In this document: positions 39,178 to 48,375 of the stretch, piece after piece
Layout of the letters: every line of letters begins with the position of its first letter
Numbering within the stretch: position 1 is the stretch's first letter
Source of the DNA: Lutibacter sp.
GTDB lineage: Bacteria > Bacteroidota > Bacteroidia > Flavobacteriales > Flavobacteriaceae
NCBI GenBank assembly: GCA_032251275.1
Contig: JAVVEF010000001.1
Coordinates: 46,891-110,890 of the forward strand
Length of the DNA stretch: 64,000 nt
Direction of reading: 5' to 3'
The notes under the pieces: generated by a model
Databases searched by the model: none
What the model was told of the DNA's origin: nothing
Seen by the model: only the letters and a program-made list of their open reading frames with translations
Position numbers and translations under genes: made by a program

Positions 39178-40914
39178 ATGAGCAAAACTAACGTATCTTA
39201 CAAATGGGCCTTCAATGAATTTATTTGGCCGAGAAAAAAAATTATTTTTATTGGAATTATCTTAATCGTTGCCAAAAGTTTGGCCGGATTGGTGCTTCCT
39301 TATGCCAGTAAAAACTTAATTGATGATGTAATTCCGTCAAAGGATACGCAAGCATTGACAATTTTATTGGCAGTGGTATGCTTCGCTATTTTAATTCAGG
39401 CGTTAACATCTTTTGAGCTTACGCGTTTGTTGAGTGTTGAAGCACAGCATTTAATCTCCGTTTTAAGGGCGAAGGTTCAAAGGAAACTGCTTACGCTGCC
39501 CATCAGTTTTTTCGACAATAACAAATCGGGAGCGCTTGTTTCCCGTGTAATGAATGATGTTGAAGGTGTCCGTAATTTGGTGGGAACCGGTTTGGTTCAG
39601 CTAGTTGGAGGATCGATTACCGCAGTAATCTCTTTGGTGATTTTAATAAAAATTAATGCTTTAATGACCTTTTTTGTGTTGGTGCCCGTTGCCATTTTTG
39701 CGATTGTGGCCTTAAAAGCATTTGGCTATATCCGCCCCATTTTTAGGGATCGCGGAAAAATAAGTGCCGAAGTTACGGGACGATTGACCGAAACCCTGAA
39801 CGGCGTTCGGGTAATAAAGGGTTTTAATGCCGAATACCAGGAAAATAAAACTTTTGAAGAAGGTGTAGAGCGTTTGTTTTTGAATGTGAAAAAGAGCTTG
39901 ACGGCCACAGCGTTGATTACGAGTTCTTCAACTTTTTTGCTCGGATTGGCTTCCGCAGGCATTATGGGAATTGGCGGTTACTTTATTATGAATAACACCA
40001 TGACCATTGGTGAATTTGTGTCGTTTACGCTATTTTTGGGCTTTATGATTGCACCAATTGTTCAAATGAGCAATATTGGCAGCCAGTTAACTGAAGCGAT
40101 GGCGGGTTTGGACAGAACCCAGGAATTGATGAATATGACCGAAGAGGACAATCCGGAAACAAGAACGGTGGTGCTTGATGATGTTGTTGGCGATATGGAG
40201 TTTAATGAGGTATCTTTCAGCTACGAAAAAAGCAAAGAAGTTTTGCATCATATTTCGTTTAAAGCACCATCGGGAAGCGTAACAGCTTTGGTGGGTTCCT
40301 CAGGCTCCGGAAAAACAACGATTGCCGGATTGGCGGCGTCATTTTTAAATCCTACCGAAGGAAAAGTGACGGTTGACGGCATCGACTTGTCTACAGTAAA
40401 CCTGAGCAGTTTCAGAAGTCATTTGGGTGTGGTACTTCAGGACGATTTTTTGTATGAAGGCACCATTCGAGAAAATATTTTGTTTCCAAGGCCAAATGCC
40501 ACAGAAGCACAGTTGCTGGCAGCCGTAGAAGGCGCCTATGTGAACGAATTTACCGATAGGTTTGAAGACGGTTTGGATACCGTAATTGGAGAGCGCGGCG
40601 TTAAATTATCGGGTGGCCAGCGTCAGCGAATCACCATTGCAAGGGCTTTGTTGGCTGATCCAAAAATTATTATCTTGGATGAAGCCACTTCAAATTTGGA
40701 TACGGAAAGTGAATCCTTTATCCAGAAAAGTTTGCAAATTTTGATGAAAGACCGCACCACTTTTGTGATTGCGCACCGATTAAGCACGATTCAAAAAGCG
40801 GATCAAATTTTGGTGATTGAAAACGGAAATATTGTTGAACGTGGAAGACACGAAGAACTGATTGCCAAACAAGGCAGGTATTACGATTTATATACCTACC
40901 AAAGCAGGATTTAA
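39178..40914 (+). CDS. ABC exporter, fused permease/ATPase (MsbA/MdlB type)
   Basis: TMD followed by GSSGSGKT, LSGGQRQR, LDEATSNLD and IAHRLST. Confidence 0.95.
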   Translation: MSKTNVSYKWAFNEFIWPRKKIIFIGIILIVAKSLAGLVLPYASKNLIDDVIPSKDTQALTILLAVVCFAILIQALTSFELTRLLSVEAQHLISVLRAKVQRKLLTLPISFFDNNKSGALVSRVMNDVEGVRNLVGTGLVQLVGGSITAVISLVILIKINALMTFFVLVPVAIFAIVALKAFGYIRPIFRDRGKISAEVTGRLTETLNGVRVIKGFNAEYQENKTFEEGVERLFLNVKKSLTATALITSSSTFLLGLASAGIMGIGGYFIMNNTMTIGEFVSFTLFLGFMIAPIVQMSNIGSQLTEAMAGLDRTQELMNMTEEDNPETRTVVLDDVVGDMEFNEVSFSYEKSKEVLHHISFKAPSGSVTALVGSSGSGKTTIAGLAASFLNPTEGKVTVDGIDLSTVNLSSFRSHLGVVLQDDFLYEGTIRENILFPRPNATEAQLLAAVEGAYVNEFTDRFEDGLDTVIGERGVKLSGGQRQRITIARALLADPKIIILDEATSNLDTESESFIQKSLQILMKDRTTFVIAHRLSTIQKADQILVIENGNIVERGRHEELIAKQGRYYDLYTYQSRI

Positions 40915-40933
40915 AATCAGCATAAAATAGTTT

Positions 40934-40974
40934 AAATAAACACTTGTTCTTTTTAAAAGCGCAAGTGTTTATTT
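40934..40974. terminator. Intrinsic terminator
   Basis: AAATAAACACTTG-N15-CAAGTGTTTATTT. Confidence 0.6.
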
Positions 40975-41151
40975 TATTTTCACTTGTGCTTATTTTATTT
41001 TCTAAAGTGCTTTATTAATTTTCTAAGGTTAAAATGTAACTAAAAAACAACCCCCAATTTTAAAACTAAGGGCGTTTTTTCTTTTTCTTTTGTTTAATTG
41101 CAATCTTCCGGCGTTGATTTTCATAGTCTTTTTTTATTTTTATGCAAACAT

Positions 41152-41286
41152 TTAAATGTTGCTAAAAACCGTGTACATCAAATAGAAGCTCGATAGCATT
41201 GTAAAAAGCACTAATAGGGCAATGATTGCTATTTGGGTGTTTTTCTGCTGAACAGCATTGATTGTGGATCGTAAAAATCTTTTCAT
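41152..41286 (-). CDS. Small single-TM protein (44 aa)
   Basis: Hand translation MKRFLRSTINAVQQKNTQIAIIALLVLFTMLSSFYLMYTVFSNI; basic N-terminus plus hydrophobic helix. Confidence 0.5.
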   Translation of the reverse strand: MKRFLRSTINAVQQKNTQIAIIALLVLFTMLSSFYLMYTVFSNI

Positions 41287-41418
41287 AAATTTCAACGGTT
41301 TTAAGTTAGAAATGGTATTGCGAATTTAAAAACACCATTTCATTAAAACCCATTCTCGCATTATAATGAGATGATTATTTTTTTATCTCACAAACCGTAT
41401 TTTGTGTATATTTGGCTT

Positions 41419-42786
41419 ATGATGCTTAAGAACAAGATTTTAACCGCCGGTTTATTTTTAATTACAACATTGATATTTTCTCAATCGGTTTGTGTTGGGA
41501 AATTTGATAAAATATCCCACACTTCATTGGACAGCGCAAACAATACCATCTTCGTTTTTTTTAAGGATTACTACAAAAAAATTGATTTGGAAACTTTTGA
41601 AATCGACAGCATCAAAATTGTTGTTGACCCTCAATTTGAATTCAGAGGTGCTAAACCTATGTTAGTGAATTCAAAATTTTATTTTGTGCATTCTATGGGC
41701 GGAATTGTTTATGCCTTACAAAATGATACGATTAAGCGGATTGATAATTCCTTTAACCACAAAATGCAAATCAATTCCAGCATCTTTGTTTATGATGATA
41801 AAATACTAAGATATGGAGGTTATGGTTTTTGGAGCGCACGAAATTTCTTTACCTATTTCGATACCGATTTAATGGAATGGGAAACCATAAGTCCGGTTAA
41901 TTCTAAAGAAGTACCCAAGGGAACTTTTGATGGATTGTATCTATTGGACAATGATAACGCCTATTTTTTTAACGGTAAAAGCATTGACGATTTTAACAAA
42001 ATGGAAATGTATTTTAACAATGAAGTATGGAAATACAATTTGAAATCGAACGTATGGCGTTATTTGGGAACAAGTGAATTTATTGATTTAACCAATATTA
42101 CCTACCCAATACGTTATAAAAAATCGTTGTTGGTGTTTTATACAAACGGCATGTCGACCATAGATTTAGGATATAACAAACTCACAAAATTTAAACACGG
42201 TAAGTACTCCCACAATATAATACCCGCTTTAAATCATTATTTTTTGAATGACCGTTTTTATTTTTTCACTTTCAGATCAAATAGTGCTAACAATAAAGTC
42301 TATTTAAGAAGTGCCAGTGAAAATGAATTTATCGGGGAATTCATTTCCGAACAAGCATTTTACAGCAATCATAATTTATTAAAAGGCTCCTTTTCCTTGG
42401 CGGCTGGCATCTTATTGATGGCGCTGTTGGCCAATGTTGGTTTTAAGCAATTCAAAAAAAGGAAGAAAATTATTTTGTTGGACAATGGACTTCGGTATCA
42501 GAATAAATTTATTGAGTTTGACCAAAAAGCGATGGAAATTATAAAATTGTTGGTTTTGGGCACGGTGGTAAACTCCAATAAAATTTTGAGTATTGTAGAG
42601 GAAAAGCAATACAGCGCGGCCCACAATGAGCGGATTAAGGTACAGAAACTCGATGAAATAAACCTAAAAATTAAAACACTTCTTAGTTTTAACAGCGATA
42701 TTATTCAGTCTAAAAAATCCGAAACAGACAAAAGAATACGGCAGTATTTCATCAATAAGAATTTGTTTTTTCTCTCAAAAAAATAA
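41419..42786 (+). CDS. Kelch/beta-propeller periplasmic domain + TM + cytoplasmic helical domain
   Basis: Signal peptide, Kelch-like YGGYGFW and VWKYNLKSNVWRYLG, one TM near residue 345, and C-terminal KLDEINLKIK...DKRIRQYFI. Confidence 0.7.
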   Translation: MMLKNKILTAGLFLITTLIFSQSVCVGKFDKISHTSLDSANNTIFVFFKDYYKKIDLETFEIDSIKIVVDPQFEFRGAKPMLVNSKFYFVHSMGGIVYALQNDTIKRIDNSFNHKMQINSSIFVYDDKILRYGGYGFWSARNFFTYFDTDLMEWETISPVNSKEVPKGTFDGLYLLDNDNAYFFNGKSIDDFNKMEMYFNNEVWKYNLKSNVWRYLGTSEFIDLTNITYPIRYKKSLLVFYTNGMSTIDLGYNKLTKFKHGKYSHNIIPALNHYFLNDRFYFFTFRSNSANNKVYLRSASENEFIGEFISEQAFYSNHNLLKGSFSLAAGILLMALLANVGFKQFKKRKKIILLDNGLRYQNKFIEFDQKAMEIIKLLVLGTVVNSNKILSIVEEKQYSAAHNERIKVQKLDEINLKIKTLLSFNSDIIQSKKSETDKRIRQYFINKNLFFLSKK

Positions 42787-43243
42787 AAATGTAATGAAAT
42801 TTTAAATGAAAGACATTTTAGGGACTGTAGTTTTTCAAAAACTCCGCAAATGGCATAGGTTTTAATTTTCTGGATTCATAATGTGTTACGTATGTTTTGT
42901 AATTTTTTAAAACAAATTCTTTAGTAGGAGTGGAAGTGTTTTTGTTTTTTTTGGTACTAAATTTCATTAAAAAAACTGTTTAATAATTTATTAATTTTCT
43001 AAATTAATAAAATTATATTAGAAATCAAAGAGATGACTTAATTGTAATTGAGATTTTGCTTGCGGAATTAAAAAGGTAACTATTTGTTAATATAGTCACT
43101 ACCTGGTTTTGACAGAATGTATCCAGAATTTATAAATATTTTTTAAATCTTTGTCAATATTTTCTTTAACCACGAAAATTTGTTAAACAATAAATTTAAA
43201 ATGTATATTTTATTGCAACTTTGCGCTTTCCATAAATTGGTAT

Positions 43244-43972
43244 ATGTCCGATAAAAATCTTCAAATAACAACAGACAATGAACAAGAACAACTGCTGTTG
43301 AAAGCGAAAATTATGCATTTACAGCAGGAGTTGAAAGATATTGAGCAAAAAACAACTGCTTTTGAAGTTATTTTACGTTCACATTTAACCAATGAACTTA
43401 TTGAGGAACAGGAGTTGACAGTGCTTTATAAAAAAGTGCAACTGGCAAAAAAGGAAAAACGCTTTGCGCAAAAAAAGAAAGGGAAGAACTTTAAGGATTT
43501 GGCAGGCTTAAAAGTGATTATCAAAAACAGCGAGAATGTAATCAGCAATGATGATCAAAAAGAAAAAAAACGCTTGTATCGGGAAGCCATGCTTTTTGTG
43601 CATCCCGACAAATTCTCTATGCACAACGAAAAAATTGACCTCGCCACAGAAGTGACCACTAAACTCATAGAAATTTACCAAACCGGTAATTTGGCCGAAT
43701 TGCAAAGTTTTCATACACACATTTTTAGTGGAAACGCGATGTTGCAGTTCCCTAAATTTTCTGAAAAAACTGCCACAGCTGATTCTTATTTACTAAATGA
43801 ACTCCTGAAATTGGAAAAGCAACTGCAAGCCGCCAAAACAAAACTCACCTATAAAGTGCTGACGGAATATGAAAATCCGCTGACGTTTATAGATGAGTTA
43901 AAGGAATATTACGCCGACCGAATTTTTAAACTGAAAAAACGGACGCGAAAAGCATCTATGTTTGATTTGTAG
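43244..43972 (+). CDS. Coiled-coil protein with internal J-domain-like segment
   Basis: KKRLYREAMLFVHPDKF. Confidence 0.6.
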   Translation: MSDKNLQITTDNEQEQLLLKAKIMHLQQELKDIEQKTTAFEVILRSHLTNELIEEQELTVLYKKVQLAKKEKRFAQKKKGKNFKDLAGLKVIIKNSENVISNDDQKEKKRLYREAMLFVHPDKFSMHNEKIDLATEVTTKLIEIYQTGNLAELQSFHTHIFSGNAMLQFPKFSEKTATADSYLLNELLKLEKQLQAAKTKLTYKVLTEYENPLTFIDELKEYYADRIFKLKKRTRKASMFDL

Positions 43973-44015
43973 TTCTCTACATTTGTTTTTTTTGAAAATA
44001 CTTTTTGTATTGGAA

Positions 44016-46190
44016 TTACAACTTTATTTTCAGTCCGCCGTTTATTACAAATCCATCAACCGGCGCATAAATGTCCCTAAATGTTGGGTCGGTAATTGTG
44101 CCGGTATGAATGGTATCGAATTTTGTTTGGCGGGTATCCCCAAAATTTTCAAAATTGATGAAAACGGAAAACGAATCCCAAATTTTTTCTACCATAAATC
44201 CGAATAGCCAATATTGTTTGCCTTTTGCACCGTCATTTAGTTCTTGCGGACTAAAATAATAGGCTTCCAAGCCCATTTTTAAGGAATCTTCAATTTCATA
44301 CATCAAAACATTATTAAGCCTGTGCTTTGCCACCAATGGAAAAGTTGTTGATTTTCCGTCGTAATGTTCTTTGACATCTGCCAAAGTATATCCGATGAAA
44401 AGTTTTAGGTCTCCATAAGTCAGTTTTACATTTGTTTCAATTCCTTTAGTATCAATTGAACCATTTGGTTGCTGAAATTCATATAAATTTTCAGTGGTTG
44501 GAGTAAGAATCAAGGGATCTTTTATTTGGGTATAAAAAAGCAAGGTATTTATGCTAAAAGACATGTTGTCCGAAAGTGACGTTCTGTAATTGATGTCAAA
44601 ATTTCCACCGATGGATTTCTCTGCTTCTGTTTCTGAAATATCGATGGGCAATACATTTCTAAACTGAATTCGTTCGGCGTCTTCCGTAAAAACTGTCGGG
44701 GTTTTGTAGCCCAAACCGCCGCCAAGTCTCATTGATAATTTCGGATTCACTTTTAAAAGTGCGGAAATTCTAGGTAATGCAAAAAAGCCATATTCATTTT
44801 GATAGTCGCCACGCAAACCGGTTTCAAGAATAAATTTTTCCGTTGCGTTCCAGGTATTTTGAACAAAACCGCCAAAGGTTGTGTAATGGTAATCAACCAC
44901 TTTTGAGTTATCCAATTTATCTTGGTTAAATTGATCTGTCCATAAATTTAAACCGACAATCCATTCTGACTTTTCAAGGTTGTGATTGTAGGTTGCTTCG
45001 CTGAATGAAGCCAATTGAACCCCCGAAAATTTGTAATCTGGAATTTCAATGGCCCTGTCATAATAGCTTAAGCTATTTTTGAATGACAGTTTTGAGTTGG
45101 CGTTTATGGTATGGTCAAGTCCTAGTTGGGCACTGTAACGATTTGTATTATTCTTCTCAAAATAACTATGCGTTTCATCACCTTTGTTTTCAATATAATG
45201 TATGTCACCGCCAATGCGCTCTTCAATGGTTGTATTCACACCGGCATTCAAGGTGGTTTTGTCATTGAAATACACAAATATTTTCGGATTGACCGTATAT
45301 CTCGTAAATTTGGGGATTGCGGTAAAGCCAATATTGGAAGGGTCATAAGGTTTTGCAGTGTTGTAGGATGCGAATATGGTTGTGCCTATTTTGTTATTTC
45401 TTTTCGCGTAAAACCCGCTGACATCCAAACCCATTGCAGAAGTTCCGTTAAGCATAAAACTCAATTCTCTTTCTTCTTTTGGAGTTTTTGATATAAGATT
45501 CACCAATCCCGCAATTGCGCCGCCACCGTAAAGCGTGGACGAAGCGCCTTTAATTACTTCCACTTGTTTCAAATCAAGAGGCGCAATTTGCATCAAACTT
45601 AATCCGCCCGAAAATCCTGCATATAGCGGGTAGCCGTCTTTTAATAATTGCGTATATTTTCCGTCAAGACCTTGTATTCTGATACTTGAATTGTAGCTTG
45701 TTGCTGAAGTTTGTTGGGTTTGAATGCCTGTGCTTTCGTTCAGCATCATTCGAATATCTCCGGGTTTCATGTTTCCCTTTTCTTCCAGCTCTTCACCCGA
45801 AATGGCTTCAATTCTTGTGGGAATATTGTCAATGGTTCTGCTGGAACGCGTAGAAGTAATCACCACTTCATCCAGTTCTTCGCCTTCTTCTGCAGAAAGT
45901 AAAATTTCAAAGGGTTCGGTTTGAGTCAAAGGAAAAATAAATGTGTTCTTTTTTCCGTGATAGCCAACATAGCTAAAAATAATGGTTTGTTTTCCGTCGG
46001 GAATATTTTTGAGTTCAAGATAACCGTTTTGGTCAGCACTGGCGCCATTGGTGGTGCCTTGTAAAATTGCGGTTGCGCCCAAAAGTAATTCTTTGCTTTC
46101 GCCGTCTTTGATGATGGCTTTAAAAGTGTTTTGCCCAAAAGCCAATGAGGTATATATGATTGCCAATAAAGGCAAAATGATTTTTTTCAT
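44016..46190 (-). CDS. TonB-dependent receptor (CirA/FepA-like)
   Basis: Carboxypeptidase-reg-like N-domain, LDEVVITSTRS, plug VEVIKGASSTLYGGGAIAGLVN and C-terminal NGGLKIKL. Confidence 0.93.
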   Translation of the reverse strand: MKKIILPLLAIIYTSLAFGQNTFKAIIKDGESKELLLGATAILQGTTNGASADQNGYLELKNIPDGKQTIIFSYVGYHGKKNTFIFPLTQTEPFEILLSAEEGEELDEVVITSTRSSRTIDNIPTRIEAISGEELEEKGNMKPGDIRMMLNESTGIQTQQTSATSYNSSIRIQGLDGKYTQLLKDGYPLYAGFSGGLSLMQIAPLDLKQVEVIKGASSTLYGGGAIAGLVNLISKTPKEERELSFMLNGTSAMGLDVSGFYAKRNNKIGTTIFASYNTAKPYDPSNIGFTAIPKFTRYTVNPKIFVYFNDKTTLNAGVNTTIEERIGGDIHYIENKGDETHSYFEKNNTNRYSAQLGLDHTINANSKLSFKNSLSYYDRAIEIPDYKFSGVQLASFSEATYNHNLEKSEWIVGLNLWTDQFNQDKLDNSKVVDYHYTTFGGFVQNTWNATEKFILETGLRGDYQNEYGFFALPRISALLKVNPKLSMRLGGGLGYKTPTVFTEDAERIQFRNVLPIDISETEAEKSIGGNFDINYRTSLSDNMSFSINTLLFYTQIKDPLILTPTTENLYEFQQPNGSIDTKGIETNVKLTYGDLKLFIGYTLADVKEHYDGKSTTFPLVAKHRLNNVLMYEIEDSLKMGLEAYYFSPQELNDGAKGKQYWLFGFMVEKIWDSFSVFINFENFGDTRQTKFDTIHTGTITDPTFRDIYAPVDGFVINGGLKIKL

Positions 46191-46279
46191 TTGTAAAATG
46201 ATTAAGTAAATAAATTAAGAATTGTTTACGCTGCGCCATATACCAAAAACAATAGTGGCGAAACGCGCTAATTTTATGA

Positions 46280-46585
46280 TTAAATTATTTTTGGCGGTTG
46301 CCATATTTTATTAAAAAAATCATCAGGAAATTGCGGTTTGTAAATAAGAACAAATTGATCTTCATCAGCAGGAATTTCATCGATGTCAATCTGTAAATTT
46401 GTGAACACAAAGCCAATACAGGTTCCGCAGTTAAGAAATGGAGAACAGGCATTGCAATCGCCTTCTTCTTTGGGCTCTTGTGAATGATTTTCTGTTATTT
46501 CATCATCGCAGTTATCATCCGAGCAGCAAGGCACCACAGATAGGGCAAAAACATATAATGACAATACAATGCAGAGTGTTTTCAT
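46280..46585 (-). CDS. DUF6660-like Cys-rich small protein
   Basis: Signal peptide, PCCSDDNC, CNACSPFLNCGTCIGF and IWQPPK. Confidence 0.8.
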   Translation of the reverse strand: MKTLCIVLSLYVFALSVVPCCSDDNCDDEITENHSQEPKEEGDCNACSPFLNCGTCIGFVFTNLQIDIDEIPADEDQFVLIYKPQFPDDFFNKIWQPPKII

Positions 46586-46824
46586 TGTTGCAAATATAAC
46601 AAATATTTTTGGCGGGCATTAAAATATTGGTGATTGTGAAGGAGATTCCTTTTAGGTTAAAAGCAGTGTGAGGTGATTTTTAACTTATTGTTTTTGGTGC
46701 GGACTTATTTGTTTCTTCAACAAATTTGCCATTTCAAAATTGAAAGTCTTTTTTGAATCTTTGAGAGTCCAAAAGATTACACGCTTATAAATGCGGCAAA
46801 AAAGCACTATAATGAAGTGAAACA

Positions 46825-47337
46825 TTATAAACTGTAAAGCAGCAATTCCTCCTCATCATTTGGAATTCTTATGGTGTTGATGTATTTGAGTCCCAATTTT
46901 TCTATGAGTTTTTGTGAGGCAATATTTTCTTTGGTGGTAATGGCGCTGATGCGCTTAATTTGAAACTCTTTAATGCCAATTTCCACTAGTTTTGCAGCAC
47001 TTTCATAGCCATAACCCAAATTTTCATAAGCCGGCAACAACGCGAAACCAAGATCAATGCCTTCCAAACCTTCACGGTCATACAATCCGCAGGTGCCTAT
47101 TTTAATGTTGTCAACTTTTCTGATAAGCGTATAATTTCCATAGCCAAGTCTTTCCAGTTGTGGAGTCATCCTTTCTTTAATATACGTTTTTGCAGCATCA
47201 ACGGACTTCACGTTTCTGTCACCAATATTTGCAATCCATTTCGGCGTATTGACCAATTCAAAAATGAATTCGGCATCCGCTGAAGTGGTGGGTTTTAAAA
47301 TTAACCGATCAGTTTCGAAGTGCTTGTAGGTTTTCAT
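46825..47337 (-). CDS. GNAT acetyltransferase, RimJ/RimL family
   Basis: FETDRLILKP, IGTCGL, DLGFALLPAYENLGYGYE and ENIASQKLIEKLG. Confidence 0.9.
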   Translation of the reverse strand: MKTYKHFETDRLILKPTTSADAEFIFELVNTPKWIANIGDRNVKSVDAAKTYIKERMTPQLERLGYGNYTLIRKVDNIKIGTCGLYDREGLEGIDLGFALLPAYENLGYGYESAAKLVEIGIKEFQIKRISAITTKENIASQKLIEKLGLKYINTIRIPNDEEELLLYSL

Positions 47338-47435
47338 TTTTGGGTTTTGAATAAGAAATGTATGCTAAAATAATCAAATTTTATTCATTGTGCGGTAGTG
47401 AGGATTTGATATTGGTGACATAGCTTACAGAATCA

Positions 47436-47450
47436 CGGATTGCAAATCCG
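47436..47450. repeat. REP-like palindrome at the left edge of the low-GC insert
   Basis: CGGATT-GCA-AATCCG. Confidence 0.5.
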
Positions 47451-47497
47451 CGCGAACGGGTATGAGATTTTTTTTTGAAAGATTTCAGTTTATAAAT

Positions 47498-48274
47498 TTA
47501 TAATTCTTTCTTCTGATTTAAAAGATTGTCAATTTTAGTTTCTAAACGATCTATTTTTTTTTCTAAATCTTCATTATTATCACTTACCATTGCGTCAACA
47601 AATATAGAATTCACTAATGAAAGTCCTAAAATTCCTCCACTAAGAACTACAAAAATGAAATAAATAAATGTAAAAAAAGAATTTATTGATGAAAGACCTT
47701 CAGTAACTTTTTCGGGAATTTCAAACCAACCTTCAACAGTAAATATTTTGAAAATGGAATATAACGAAATTATAGGGTTACCAAAATATTCTGGAGAACT
47801 ATCCTTAAATAAATAAAATGAAAATATACCAATTATAAAAATATAAACAATAAATCCAAGCAAAACTATAATTGAAGCTTTAAGCGCTCGATTTACACCT
47901 CTAATCAAATTGTCAATGCCTGGAATAAATTTTAAAAATCTGAATGACTTAAAAACTCTCATAACTCTAAATACAAGTAAAAAACTTAAATCGCTAATTT
48001 CAACGGAAAACGCAAATGTTATTAGTGCTGGAATTGAAAGTAAAATAAGTACAAAATCAAATTTATTCCAATTTGAAATAAAGTAATTTTTACCATATTC
48101 ATTTAGTTTTATAAGTAACTCACAAATGAAAAGAATAGTTATTGTATGATCAACTAATGATAAAATAAAGTCATTTCTGCTTCCATTATCAAAACCGCCA
48201 ACAAAAATATTCACCGAATTTAAAATGATTAAAAACAGAATAAAATTATCATTAAGAAATAATTTTTTTATCAT
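47498..48274 (-). CDS. Voltage-gated cation channel, BacNav/NaChBac superfamily (ion transporter)
   Basis: Six TM helices; WN.FDF in S3, S4 FRVMRVFKSFRFLK, pore FTVEGWFE, S6 G.L..SLVN and C-terminal coiled coil. Confidence 0.92.
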   Translation of the reverse strand: MIKKLFLNDNFILFLIILNSVNIFVGGFDNGSRNDFILSLVDHTITILFICELLIKLNEYGKNYFISNWNKFDFVLILLSIPALITFAFSVEISDLSFLLVFRVMRVFKSFRFLKFIPGIDNLIRGVNRALKASIIVLLGFIVYIFIIGIFSFYLFKDSSPEYFGNPIISLYSIFKIFTVEGWFEIPEKVTEGLSSINSFFTFIYFIFVVLSGGILGLSLVNSIFVDAMVSDNNEDLEKKIDRLETKIDNLLNQKKEL

Positions 48275-48375
48275 AAATTTAATAAAATGGTCATCATTTG
48301 ATAATTACTTTTCGTGATCATAACATTTGTGTGTAAACCTGAAAATATTGGTTGATATGGTTTTATTAATCAGCA

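Noticed and set aside
41029-41124. 31-aa minus-strand ORF MKINAGRLQLNKRKRKNALSFKIGGCFLVTF
   Set aside because: Low-complexity A-rich sequence with no motif; cannot be supported without conservation data
43091-43101. TATAGTCACTA also present at 50597-50607
   Set aside because: Hundreds of shared 11-mers are expected by chance in 64 kb, and the flanks do not match
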